A stretch of 64,000 nucleotides of DNA, taken from NCBI RefSeq assembly GCF_964355755.1, contig NC_092670.1:8236201-8300200 (forward strand). The letters are read 5' to 3'. The position numbers and the translations under genes are program-made. This stretch comes from Antedon mediterranea (taxonomy: Eukaryota; Animalia; Echinodermata). The notes below the pieces were generated by a model that saw only the letters and a list, made by a program, of their open reading frames with translations, was not told the origin of the DNA and did no database searches. Below are positions 1 to 12,171 of this stretch, piece by piece. Positions within the stretch are counted from its first letter, which is position 1. Every line of letters begins with the position of its first letter.

Positions 1-180
1 TCATTAATTTGAGCCATAATAATTGAAGAATATAATTATGTAGATTACTGTATTCCCTGATACAAAAAACTAATACATAGAAGTTTTTAAAGAGTTTTAA
101 GATTTAATATTATAAAACAATGTCAATCAAGCAAATCAAACAAAATAGATAATAATAAACCATTCCAAAGTGAGAATTTA

Positions 181-785
181 AAAAAAAAACATTTTAGAAC
201 TCGCACAATGAATCTGAATATTGTGAGAATAAAAAAAACATTTTAGAACTCGCACAATGAATCTGAATATTGTGAGAATAAAAAAAAACATTTTAGAACT
301 CGTACAATGAATCTGAATATTGTGAGAATAAAAAAAAACATTTTAGAACTCGCACAATGAATCTGAATATTGTGAGAATAAAAAAACCATTTTAGAACTC
401 GCACAATGAATCTGAATATTGTGAGATAAAAAAAAACATTTTAGAACTCGCACAATGAATCTGAATATTGTGAGAATAAAAAAAACATTTTAGAACTCGC
501 ACAATGAATCTGAATATTGTGAGAATAAAAAAACATTTTAGAACTCGCACAATGAATCTGAATATTGTGAGAATAAAAAAATCATTTTAGAACTCGCACA
601 ATGAATCTGAATATTGTGAGAATAAAAAAAAACATTTTAGAACTCGCACAATGAATCTGAATATTGTGAGAATAAAAAAAACATTTTAGAACTCGCACAA
701 TGAATCTGAATATTGTGAGAATAAAAAAAACATTTTAGAACTCGCACAATGAATCTGAATATTGTGAGAATAAAAAAAACATTTA
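181..785. repeat. 49-50 bp minisatellite, 12 units (AAAACATTTTAGAACTCGCACAATGAATCTGAATATTGTGAGAAT), derived from zinc-finger DNA
   Basis: Units counted directly; 12 units also at 46991-47595, one unit at ~12575-12630. Confidence 0.95.
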
Positions 786-1160
786 AAAATATACACTGCA
801 GAGACACAACACAATATAAATGAAATTTGTGGAAAAAAATTTAAAACTAATATTCAACAACATTTAAGATTACATTTGAGGATACACACAAGAGAGAAAA
901 CATACTGTACTGTATAAATGTTAATGTTCTGTGTGTTGCTGTTTTTTGTTTTGTTTAAAGTACACACACACTTTCAATTCTAAATGTACACTCTTTTACT
1001 TATTAGTTAGTAAATTGTTGTTATAACATTTATTATAGTACTATGATACCTACAGTAGGACTTAATTATTGTATTATTTTAATTCACTTTATTATAACAT
1101 TATACATTTTTGGTTTTGTTTACACTTTGTTTCGTTTGTGAAATTTTTTTCAAAAATTAT

Positions 1161-1870
1161 AATAAAGCCTTTCTATGATTTATAATGTACAGTAGCCTTC
1201 CTATGTAATAAAGCCTTTCTATGATTTATAATGTACAGTAGCCTTCCTATGTGATAAAGCCTTTCTATGATTTATAATGTACAGTAGCCTTCCTATGTGA
1301 TAAAGCCTTTCTATGATTTATAATGTACAGTAGCCTTCCTATGTAATAAAGCCTTTCTATGATTTATAATGTACAGTAGCTATCCTATGTAATAAAGCCT
1401 TACTAAGATTTATAATGTACAGTAGCCTTCCTATGTAATAAAGCCTTTCTATGATTTATAATGTACAGTAGCCTTCCTATGTAATAAAGCCTTTCTATGA
1501 TATATAATGTACAGTAGCCTTCCTATGTAATAAACCCTTTCTATGATTTATAATGTACAGTAGCCTTCCTATGTAATAAACCCTTTCTATGATTTATAAT
1601 GTACAGTAGCCTTCCTATGTAATAAACCCTTTCTATGATTTATAATGTACAGTAGCCATCCTATGTACTAAAGCCTTACTAAGATTTATAATGTACAGTA
1701 GCCTTCCTATGTAATAAAGCCTTTCTATGATTTATAATGTACAGTAGCCTTCCTATGTAATAAAGCCTTTCTATGATTTATAATGTACAGTAGCCTTCCT
1801 ATGTAATAAAGCCTTTCTATGATTTATAATGTACAGTAGCCTTCCTATGTAATAAAGCCTTTCTATGATT
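1161..1870. repeat. 46-bp minisatellite, ~15 units, nearly all beginning with AATAAA
   Basis: Unit AATAAAGCCTTTCTATGATTTATAATGTACAGTAGCCTTCCTATGT; ~5 units at 13005-13255, ~1.4 at 47968-48035. Confidence 0.95.
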
Positions 1871-2040
1871 TTTATTTCAAAGTAAGAGTTTTCTTTTATA
1901 GTCGGTTTTTGTAACAATAAAATCAAGTTTTATTCATATATATTCAAGATACTGTATTATATACTATTTTCTTTGTGTATATTTGTAAACACATGGCGAC
2001 ACAACAAGGGATAGATAGATAGTATTTTGTATTTTATATT

Positions 2041-2147
2041 TTTAGTCGCGTGGACGCGACTCTATAGTTCACTATGTCGGTCGGTCGGTCTGTCGGTCCG
2101 GTATCACTATGCGTTTTAGCACCCGACTTATGGCTGTTGGCCTTGTT
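2041..2147 (+). mobile_element. Short Helentron-associated/DINE-1-like non-autonomous element
   Basis: T-run, 5' palindrome AGTCGCGTGGACGCGACT, (GTCG/GTCT)n microsatellite, 3' subterminal inverted repeat CAC[C/G]CGACT, small 3' hairpin; related copies elsewhere in window. Confidence 0.7.
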
Positions 2148-2596
2148 ATGTTGAAGTTGAGGTATTCATGAGCAGAGGTACACTATAGGTTATGTTTTGG
2201 AAAAAAAAGTGTATACTGTAGTCATTAGAATTTTAAAGTACTGTAGTTATATTATAGATAACTGATTTTGCTGCAGTTTTGCAATCGATCAGAATATTCA
2301 AAACTTAATGTTGTTACGTGTTGTCAAAAGAATTGACACAACAATGTAACACTCTGAATCCAGAGGGTAACAACTCTCTTCTAAATCCAATTATTTAATT
2401 AAAGTGGACTTTCAATACAATTCTGCATAATTGGCGTTATACAAACTACTGTAAAGGCAGTAACGATCCACTATTGCGCTCTAGATAAAGCCTTTCCCCA
2501 CCCACTATACACAATGGTAGAGTGGGTCGGTTATAATGTCTCGGGTCGTTACTCAACAAGTACTCACTTGCTTACGGCATCTAAATATATAATTCA

Positions 2597-2830
2597 ATTT
2601 GCATAATCATACTCTCAACCAATCAAATACCGTAAATAAGTACTTTTCTGCCAGTCTATGATCCTATTTATTGCTGAGGAATTCCATTCAGTTGTATACA
2701 GTGGCAGCGAGAGAACGACTAAGGAAGACGATAATTATCATTGAGGTATAGGTACACGTTCCTAAACTGAAATATTGATTTGAATTTTTGAATTACCTCC
2801 GCCAAACAAAATGGCGAGAGCTGGTGAGAC
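2597..2830 (+). promoter_or_regulatory. Candidate promoter/non-coding first exon of the B-type ZF gene (ATTTGCAT, CCAAT, donor GAG|GT near 2746, YY1-like AAAATGGCG)
   Basis: Similar GGCAGC...GACGATAATTA + GT module precedes B (~14080-14125), D (28823-28865) and B'. Confidence 0.4.
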
Positions 2831-3451
2831 AATCGGCGTGTGTGTTTCTTATAATTGTTAGCAGGATTACTAAAAAATGTATTGCCGATTTTCATAAGAT
2901 TTTAAAGGATAGGCTCATAGCTGTATGGGAACGCGTTATTCAATTTCATATGACCAGTAGGTCAAATATCAAGCTAACCATAGCAATGGAAAGTTTCACC
3001 ATAGGGATTTTCATTCCTTATTACGTATTTGTTGATATGTGGCATTGGCCCCCGCAATTAACACTCTAAATATAACCTATATTTTGTTGGTAATGTATTG
3101 TATAGGGCTTGGTTCTATTTGATACGGCTTGGTAATTAGGAGGACCCCGATTTCTGTTTCTTTCCCAAAAAAATAGTAGGCCTAAATGCCTTAAAATAAC
3201 GCAAGCTAATATCACAAAATAATCCGTTAGCATTAGGCCTCAGTACTCTAATGAAATAAAAACTTTATACACGACATTAAAGTCGAATACGTCAATTTTA
3301 AATTCTTTGACATTATTCTGTTACAAAACTACTGTATGTACATAAGTTTGTTTTGCAATATAGTGTAGCTAACATGAATAGTACTACTAAGTATAGCCTG
3401 GAGGAAGTAGAATTAAAGTTTTGACAATTGTATTTTTTTATAGATTTATTG

Positions 3452-4365
3452 ATGAATGAATACGACTTCAACAAAGAAGAATTTAACAGTGTAAATACCA
3501 ACATGAAATGCAAATGTGAAAACTGTGAATATGAATTTGAGTTCAGAGATTTGAAGGAACATTTAGAAATACACGTACATAGTAAAGAGTTTAAATGTGA
3601 AAACTTTGAGGATTTTCTGCTAAATGACCAAACACCATATTATGACTTTGAACATTGTAGGCCTAGAATTGAAGAAAGTAAACATTTTGGACTACCCATT
3701 GTCAATGAATTTGAACATTGTCGAAATGACGAAAGTGAGAATTCGGGAAGCACTGCCGTAGAAGCTTCGTATGAATTTGAACATTGTCGAAATGAAGAAA
3801 ATGAGAATTTGCGAAACACTTCTGAGGAAACTTCGTAGAATGAATCTAATGAAAATTGTGGAACTGAAGAAAGTGGTGATTTGAGAATTCACACCTCCGA
3901 GGAAACTTTGTTTGGTTGTGAAAATTGTGGGAAACAATTTAATAAAAGTGATGATTTAAAAAAACATTTTAAAATTCACACAAGAAAGACACAACATGAA
4001 TGTGAACCTTGTGGGAAGACATTTAAACCGAATACGAATTTGAAGGAGAAGCACCATTTGAATGTGAACACTGTGGGAAGAATTTTAAAGAAAGGGGGAA
4101 TTTAAGCAAATATTTCCGGATGCATACAGGAGAGAAACCATATGAATGTGAACATTGCGGTAAGAAATTTAAACAAAATGGAAGTTTGAAGATACACTTG
4201 AGAAAACACACAGGAGTGACACCATATGAATGTGAACATTGTGGTAAGAAATTTAAACACAATGGAAATTTGAAGATACATTTGAGAACACACACAGGAG
4301 AGACACCATATGAATGTGAACATTGTGGTAAGAAATTTAAACTAAGGTAGAATTTGAAAATGCAT
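3452..4365 (+). pseudogene. C2H2 zinc-finger pseudogene: B-type 5' part with A-type 3' fingers, truncated
   Basis: Acceptor TTTTTTATAG at ~3443; stop at 3838, frameshifts, TGEKPY linkers; ends abruptly at an insertion at ~4366. Confidence 0.85.
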
Positions 4366-4446
4366 GGTTACATTCTGAAGGGTCAGGGTCAAAGATCAAG
4401 GTCCACAAAAAACCAGAACAAAAAAAGAAATAAAAAAATAATAATA

Positions 4447-6005
4447 ACTAGAATTTAATTCGTCACTTTGACGAATTATAGGTGATCATTTTTATCATTT
4501 TATTGACATTAATATTTTTAAACATGCACTTAATATGTTAACATACTGTACAATCGGAAAACGTTGATGTATGCCATCCTATCTTATAGTGCTGAGTTGT
4601 GCCTGTTATATGCCATATACAATATGTACAGTATATACTGTATATCTATATACAGTGTAGCATAGGTGAAATTACGGGACACACATCATGTTCTAATTTT
4701 TTGGTATGATGGAATTATTAAAATAAACTCAAAGTTAACAATTTCGAAAGATAATGAATTGAGCAAATAAATATAAGAATTGGAAGAGAATTTGGCACGT
4801 AGAAGCGCAATGCGCGCTTTTTGAAATTTGTATAACTTTGACTAAAGAAATTTAAAAACTACTTTTTAACTTCAACTGGCCATATGATAACATCGCAACA
4901 CCCGATTATTATTTATTTTATATGAATTCATATCTACATTTCATCAGCTTTCATAAAAAGTTATAATATTCAAGGTCACCTTTAGGCTAATTCTAAAGAG
5001 CTGTAACATATTCAAATGTATGGTGTAGGTGAAATTACACGTCCTAAGTTATTCAACTTTTTACGCGTAATGACGTCATCAAAATGAAAACGCTAACCAC
5101 TATTGGAAAGATAAATAATTAAGCAAGCATATACTGAAATTTGTGCAAAATTCGAGCACAAATAACCGAGATACGCTCTGTTGAATGTGATAATCTACAC
5201 AAAAAGATAAAAAATCCAAATGTTTTAATTCAAGTGGCCTTTTGATGTCAAAACATTTTGTACGTCAAATGTGTACATGAATTCTTATCTACAACTCAAT
5301 GGCTTCCTGAATAAGTTTTAAAAAAAAATTGGGTCATCTTGCATTCTGAAGAGTTATTTTCATTTTAAAAAAGACCTATTTTTCACCATTTTCAGAACTT
5401 TTGTGAAATTAATGTGCGCATTTTGTCATTTTTAACGTGCTCGTATAACGTTATTTTAAGATGGAATGTACTAAGAGTTATGAGTAGAATGTAATTTATA
5501 CATTAAATTTTATATTTTTTATGCCTTTTAAGAATTGCGCGCATAAAACGTATTTTTTGCGCAGTAATTTTTTGAAACACGCAAATGGCCTAATTCATGC
5601 TCTAAATTGATCAAAACTTAATGTTGAGCTTTTTAAATTTTTAACGCGAGATTTCACACGCTTGACGACCTTGAAAGGCGCGCGTTTTTATTTGCTAATA
5701 TCTTTACTCTTGACCTGAAGTTTACGTGTAGTGAATTTCATTGATATGTGATAATGAATTATGGAGATATGATTGATAGTGTGATTTCACAAAATCGCGT
5801 ATTATTAACGTCACGGTTGAGTGATCACACTGAAAAGCTTATTATGGTTACGTTAAAGTATTTAAAAGACATTGTAAAATGTTTGTGATCATTGCTATTT
5901 TACTTTTTTAGATAATTGACACAAAAAGTTTACAAAAAGAAGAATAATAACAACATTGACAACAATAACAATAAATATTTCGTACAATAACAATAGGTGA
6001 TCATT
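4447..6005 (-). mobile_element. Helentron-like non-autonomous element (~1.55 kb)
   Basis: Terminal CTAG, hairpin AATTCGTCA-CTT-TGACGAATT, ATAGGTGATCATTT repeated at 4478 and 5993; homologous fragment at 18459-18903. Confidence 0.6.
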
Positions 6006-6024
6006 TATTCTATAAAAAAAAATA

Positions 6025-6095
6025 AGCTCAGTGGGACTTCAACCAGCGATCTCAACTGTGAGAGGCTAGATACATAACCATTACACCAAACTGTA
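6025..6095 (-). pseudogene. Degenerate tRNA-like sequence (Glu-CTC-like loop) or SINE head
   Basis: Minus strand: A box TGGTGTAATGG, CTCTCAC, B-box-like GGTTGAAGTCC, then a T-run; stems imperfect. Confidence 0.5.
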
Positions 6096-6524
6096 GTGTG
6101 CAGTTAGCCTATTTACACTTAGAACTAATAAAAAAATTTAAAAAATATATATATTCCGGGAAAATTTTATGTAGGGGAATTTTACAGTAGGCGGAGGTTT
6201 GTACTCTCGGAGTACCCTCTAGTTATCATTATTACGTAGGTACATGTTCCAAAACTGAAATATTGATTCTATACTTTGTTTGTATATATACAATGTTTTA
6301 ATTACCTCCACCAACCAAAATGGCGAGAGCTGGTTATGAGACAATCGATTTTTGGTAATTTACTATTTATGGTATATGGCTTGGTTATAATTGATACGGC
6401 TTGGTAATTAGGACCCCGCTTTTTCATAAACATAACAGATACGTTAACAACGCAAGCTAAGGGTTGACCCCTGATTAGGGTTTTATAGGGCCCGAAGGTG
6501 TTCCCTTAAGTTAGGGGTTACTTT

Positions 6525-6629
6525 AACAAGACCATAAACATGGCTGCAGTCGCGTGCTCAAATTTTGAGTTAGTGTTTACCGACCATCCGACCGACATAG
6601 TGAGCTGTAGAGTCGCACGCGACTAAAAA
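6525..6629 (-). mobile_element. Short DINE-1/HINE-like element
   Basis: Reverse-orientation relative of 2041-2147 and 24950-25067. Confidence 0.65.
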
Positions 6630-6672
6630 CTCAGTTGCAGTAAATTTTCTCTAAAACTTTATTTTTTTTTAG

Positions 6673-7075
6673 ATTTATGTGAAGAAACGACATCTTAATT
6701 GATGAATGAATACGAAAATAGATTGTAACAGCATGAAATGTGAACACTGTGGATATAAATTTGAGTTAACGGAATTGAAGGTAGATTGAGGAACACGTAC
6801 ATTTTAAAGAGTTAAAGAAAGAAATCTTGAGGATTTTCTGCTGAATGGCCAGAAACCATATGATTTTGAAATTGAAGAAAGTTATTATTTCGGACTACTA
6901 CTACAACTACTACTACTACGACAAATCTGAACATCAACAATTATGAAAGTGAGAATTTGGGAAACACTGCCGAAGAAACACACTTCGTATGAATCTGAAC
7001 ATTGTGGGAAAATATTTAACAAAATGTCAAGATGGTCTAAGAATGTTTTTTTTCTCAAAAGGAAACATTTAATCT
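6673..7075 (+). pseudogene. Highly degraded ZF paralog (E), N-terminal part only
   Basis: Acceptor TTTTTTAG; ATG AAA TGT GAA CAC TGT GGA (MKCEHCG) at 6733; upstream 6225-6420 paralogous to 2735-3150. Confidence 0.75.
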
Positions 7076-7199
7076 CAGACAAGAAAAAATTATCGTATCT
7101 GTGATGTTGATATTTTACGTAAATGTTGTTTAACCTTTAGGCATATATTTAAACAAGTTACGGTGCTCTCAGCGATGATGTATAAAAAGAGGGGTGACC

Positions 7200-8540
7200 C
7201 ATTTCCCAATGGTTTGATTTGCCTCCGCACTTTTTCGCTAGAAATTTCCTAAAACCAGAAACGATAGCGACGTTTAAACAACATTTTTCTCAATTTGAAG
7301 ATGTTGTCATTTTGGAACCTGAATGGAAGTAAATTATGAGTTCGTTATCTCCTCTTTATCGACAGGAAATCCTTTATGTACCGTTCGTTCATTCTATCCT
7401 TAATCCGCGAGACGCTGTCTTTGGTGGAAGAACAAAATGCGGCGCGATTATTCTACGAGGCTAGCATAGCAAAGATCATTACGTAGATTTCACAAGCCTC
7501 TATCCGTACTGCAATAATACGGAACATATCCCGTTGTTGGTCACCCCGAGATTTTGGCATAAAAACCATATCGACCGATATTATTGCCTAATTAAATGCA
7601 TAAAACCGCACGAACATTTGTTACATCCTGCATTACCATACAGGACCAATGGTAAACTTGTGTTTTCGTTATACCGCACCTGCGTAGAAAACTAATGTGT
7701 CAAGAAAGACGTAGAGATGGGATATAACCTAACCAAAGGTCATGCAATCCTCTAACCAGTATATTACCACTTTTTAAAAAAGAACCTTCAGGGTGGCCTG
7801 AGGTGTATCTCTGACGATGACAAGCAGAAATATATCAGTATGAAGAAAATGAGGGAAAGAAATTAAATAAATTAATTTATTTATTAAATTAAAATCGATG
7901 AAACTGTATATAACGCTGGATTAAAAGCTTTGGCTAAACTTATGTTAAATTGTTGAGGATAGTTTGGTCAGAAAGAAAATCAAGCTAAAACCACAATCAC
8001 TAGTGATGCAAAATGAAGTGTACGACCTTCTATCCACACCTGAAGTTATTGATTATAAATGATGTTACCCTAATTAATGCCAACTTGGTAGAAGTTAAGT
8101 ATGAAAGTCAATAAAAAAGCGTCACAGAAATAAGAAAGTAAACATAGCTATTGCCGCTCGTTTCTAACATTACTAACCTTGGTGAATGGCAACCACCAAT
8201 TGGAGATTATCTCGGTGAACTAAAAAATGAAATTAATCAGAAAGATGGCCAGTTTTATTTCATGTTGTGTCCGGAGATACAAAAAATTACGTATACAAAT
8301 CGGGTAAAAAAAAGTTAAATGACAAACATTCTCAATAATTCAGTGTATTTTTATTAGTTCCATTGTTAGGAGTGTTGGACCAAATAAAATATCTACATCT
8401 GATTTAAACTGTATAACCCGAAAACCAAAGTCAAGAAAAATAGTTAATGAATCATCCACTAAAGATTATTTATAGATTTGTGTATGATAAACTCAAATAG
8501 GCCTAATTGATATTACTGTACCGTACCATACGGCTATGTT
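7200..8540 (+). mobile_element. Polinton/Maverick protein-primed DNA polymerase B relic (many stops and frameshifts)
   Basis: Motifs read in order: NPRDAVFGGRT, HYVDFTSLYP, HPALPYRTNGKLVF, ALAKLMLN..FGQ, PIGDYLGEL, SGDTKNY, PYGY. Confidence 0.9.
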
Positions 8541-9127
8541 TGATAAACTGCATGTTTTTGCTTCACATTCTTATGTTATCTCCGGAATATAATTTGTATA
8601 GGCCTACATATGTTTTTTTTCACATTTTTTCTTTACGATTATTTAACGATCGTTTTACGATTATTTAACGTACGGTAGTTAAAGACTGTATATTTTCATC
8701 GGTAAGAATTCCAATTTGTTCTGTAGTTTTAGTAGGCCTAATTCGTTTTTAAATACTATTTTGTGTAATATTCTTGTAAATAAGAGAATTTATTTTTTGT
8801 AACATTTAGGCCTATTTATCTTTTTGTAACTAAATATACTGAAATAAAATAAATTGTTACGTATATTTCATCTTTATTTAGTGTGTCGATTAACTTCAAA
8901 AACAAAAACTTACTCTCTTAAATTCATCAATTGGGATTTTCAATCGTCTTACCTTTGATGATTAAACCCAAACTTTTTAGACTGAATATTGTATCCATGA
9001 CCGTGAAATACGCTCCAGTTGAAAATAAAGTTTCAACTGATAGAAAGTTTGATTACAACATCCAAATATTGTGATGTGTGACCGCGTGGACATGCAAACA
9101 AGTTTGTCCAATACCTCAAATGCATAA

Positions 9128-9273
9128 TCTCTCTTTGCAGCTTGAGTCTTGATCTCTTTTTGCAGCTTGAGTCTTGATCTCTTTTTGCAGCTTGAGTCTT
9201 GATCTCTGTTTGCAGCTTGAGTCTTGATCTCTTTTTGCAGCTTGAGTCTTGATCTCTGTTTGCAGTTTGAGTC
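9128..9273. repeat. 25-bp tandem repeat, ~5.5 units (TTTGCAGCTTGAGTCTTGATCTC..)
   Basis: GCAG recurs at 9137, 9162, 9187, 9212, 9237, 9262. Confidence 0.95.
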
Positions 9274-10553
9274 CAATCCAGGTTTCACATGCATAACATC
9301 TAATGGAAATATTCCGGGCTACTACAAACGAAAACATAATCAGATGAACAGAATTAATATTATTATTATTATTCAAACAAAGAAATAGGCATAGGGCTAA
9401 ACTCTTTCAATATTACTGTAACTGTAAAAAAAAATATATAAATTACTAGTATTCAGTTGAATTGACGGGGAGGATTAAATCCATATTGGCGACTCAGTAT
9501 GATGGCAAAGATATAACAAGTATGATGATCCGTTGGTTGGGGACACACCACGCGACGCGCCAGGTACACAGCACGTGGTTGCAGGAGATGGAGGAGAGAG
9601 AGTAGAGACGTGTCATGCATCTTTCAACAGATTGATTTCACTGTAAAGATGTACTTATAATACTTAGGCCTACTAATGATTGGTGAACTTAAGTTAATGG
9701 TAGCTAGTTAGTAGTCTATACAGTACTTCTAGGTAGACCTCCTAGGCATGTTAATTTATGGTTAATTAATTTACTACCTAGCAGCAGCAGAAGCTAGATT
9801 TTCGCTAGTAACATGATATCCGATCAGTGCTACTGTACAGTTCGGTCGCGATTCAAATCGGCCGTGGTGGTACGTATTCGGTCGCTTCTTCACCGCTTGA
9901 CTTATCTCTATGGCTATAATGTGAAGCGCCGCTGGCGAAATTTCTATTTCAAAGCTTGGACGTCTCAGGCAGAAATCATTTATGAAATACAGCATCAATT
10001 GGGACATTAGGGGGTACTATATAATAAGTATTTATATCAGAGAGTTACAGTACCTACTTTTGCTGTCTGGAATAATAATAATACAGTTTTCTTCCATAGT
10101 TCAACATATTTATAATTTTTTAGGCCAGCCTAGGCCTACTAAAAAGTATCAGTCTTTTTGCCTTTTTAGTTATTTTTATTTCTATTACTTTAAATAAAGT
10201 TATTCACTTTTTTAGAAAAAATAAGCTAATTAATACACATTATAAAAAAAAATATATGATTAAATTTAACTAAAAAAACTGTCGCAATCGACTTCCAATT
10301 GAACATTCTTACTTTAAATTATAGTTTTTAAATTAATTTTTTGGTTCAAATTTTAGTCAAACTGAATAACTATTAGATGGCATATTCAACACACAAATTT
10401 AAAAAAAAAATTTTATTGGGGGAATTGAGTGGGTGGAAATATAAATAAATAAATCAGTGACAAAAAAAATTCTCAAAACCATGAATAGTCTATTATTATT
10501 ATTACCGTAGTTAATTTAACGACATATTTTCTTTCAGAATTACAGAATACAAC

Positions 10554-11288
10554 ATGAAATATAAATGTGAACACTGTGGAGTTAAGTTGGAATTCAGTGA
10601 CTTGAAAGAACATTTAGGATTACACAATCATTCTAAAGAAATAAAATGTGAGCTCTGTGACGATACAATTGACAAGTGTAACCTACATAACCAGACACCA
10701 TATGAATGTGAGCATGAGGAGAAAGGAAATCAGAATTTGAAAAAACATTTGAGGACAAACACAGCTGGAGAGACACCATATGAATGTCAACATTGTGGTA
10801 AGAAATTTAAACAAAATGGAAATTTGAAGATACATTTGAGAATACACACAGGAGAGACACCATATGAATGTGAACATTGTGGTAAGAAATTCAAACAAAA
10901 TGGGGATTTGAAAAGACATTTTAGAATACACACAAGAGAGACACCATATGAATGTGAACATTGTGGTAAGAAATTTAAACAAAATGGAAGTTTGAAGATA
11001 CATTTGAGAATACACACAGGAGAGACACCATATGAATGTGAACATTGTGGTAAGAAATTTAAACAAAATGGAAATTTGAAGATACATTTGAGAAAACACA
11101 CAGGAGAGACACCATATGAATGTTAACATTGTGGGAAGAAATTTAAACAGAATGGAAATTTGAAGATACATTTGAGAACACACACAATAGAGACACCATA
11201 TGAATGTGAACATTGTGGAACGAAATTTACACGGAATGCTACTTTGAAAGCACATTTAAAAACACATAACACACCTTATGAAATTTAA
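10554..11288 (+). pseudogene. ZF gene A: N-terminal module, one 25-aa degenerate unit, 6 fingers; premature TAA at 11124
   Basis: GAA>TAA in the fifth finger; frame continues to the same HNTPYEI* end as A'. Could still encode a 190-aa, 4-finger protein. Confidence 0.8.
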
Positions 11289-11370
11289 ATGGAAGCCAAC
11301 TTTGAAAGCACATTTCAGAGAACACACAAGAGACACAATATGAACGTGAACAGTGTGGGAAGAAATTTAA

Positions 11371-11526
<156 letters not shown>

Positions 11527-12045
11527 TGAAGAAAATTTAATTTAAACAAAATGGAGAATTAAAAATATGGAACAGACCATATGAAGTGAACATTGTGGTA
11601 AGAAATTAGAAACTAATTGGTGGGAATTTGATAATGCATCTAAGAATACACATAGGAGAGACACCATATGAATGTGAATACTGTGGACATAACAGAAATT
11701 TAAACAAAGTGTGGATTTAAAAAGACATTTAAGAACACAAAAAAATGATAAACACTTTGGGAAAAAAAATAAACAAAATGATACTTTCACACCACATTTT
11801 AAAACTCACACAGGAGAAAGACCATGTGACGATTATGGAAGAAATGCAATGAAAGGGGTGATTTGGAAAAACAGAACAGAATGTAAGAAATACACCAACA
11901 CAAAACAGTTGGGGTGGGGGCGGAAATAAACAAAATGAAAGCACTCAGAAACTGATATTTCGGCCCATGTCAAAAGAATACAAATTGTTCTTTTTTTTAT
12001 TTTTGAAGTTCATAAATTTTAAAAGGCATGTACTGTAAATATATA

Positions 12046-12171
12046 CTCGATCTACACTATCAAACTAGTTTGACAAAAAAAGTGTGATGTGCCCAAATAT
12101 GGTAGTGATATGACATGTCCATATGGATCACAATTTTTTGTCTCATAAATTTTGATAGCATAGAGAGAGCT
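12046..12171. mobile_element. MITE (degenerate TIR TCTACACTATCAAA...TTTGATAGCATAGA)
   Basis: Inverted ends; relatives at 18226-18366 and 53396-53536, truncated copy at ~46455-46542. Confidence 0.6.

Larger units (their letters stand above)
4366..6222 (+). mobile_element. 5'-truncated Helitron/Helentron-like non-autonomous element hosting a nested element
   Basis: 3' end GGCGGAGGTTT-GTACTCTCGGAGTAC(hairpin)-CCTCTAG|TT; AAGGTC-type repeats at 4378-4403. Confidence 0.5.

Noticed and set aside
6025-6095. Functional tRNA gene
   Set aside because: Acceptor and anticodon stems do not pair properly and the B box is mutated; kept only as a relic
8977-9376. Repetitive minus-strand ORFs (RSRLKLQKEIKTQAA)
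   Set aside because: Translation of a 25-bp tandem repeat that is not a multiple of three
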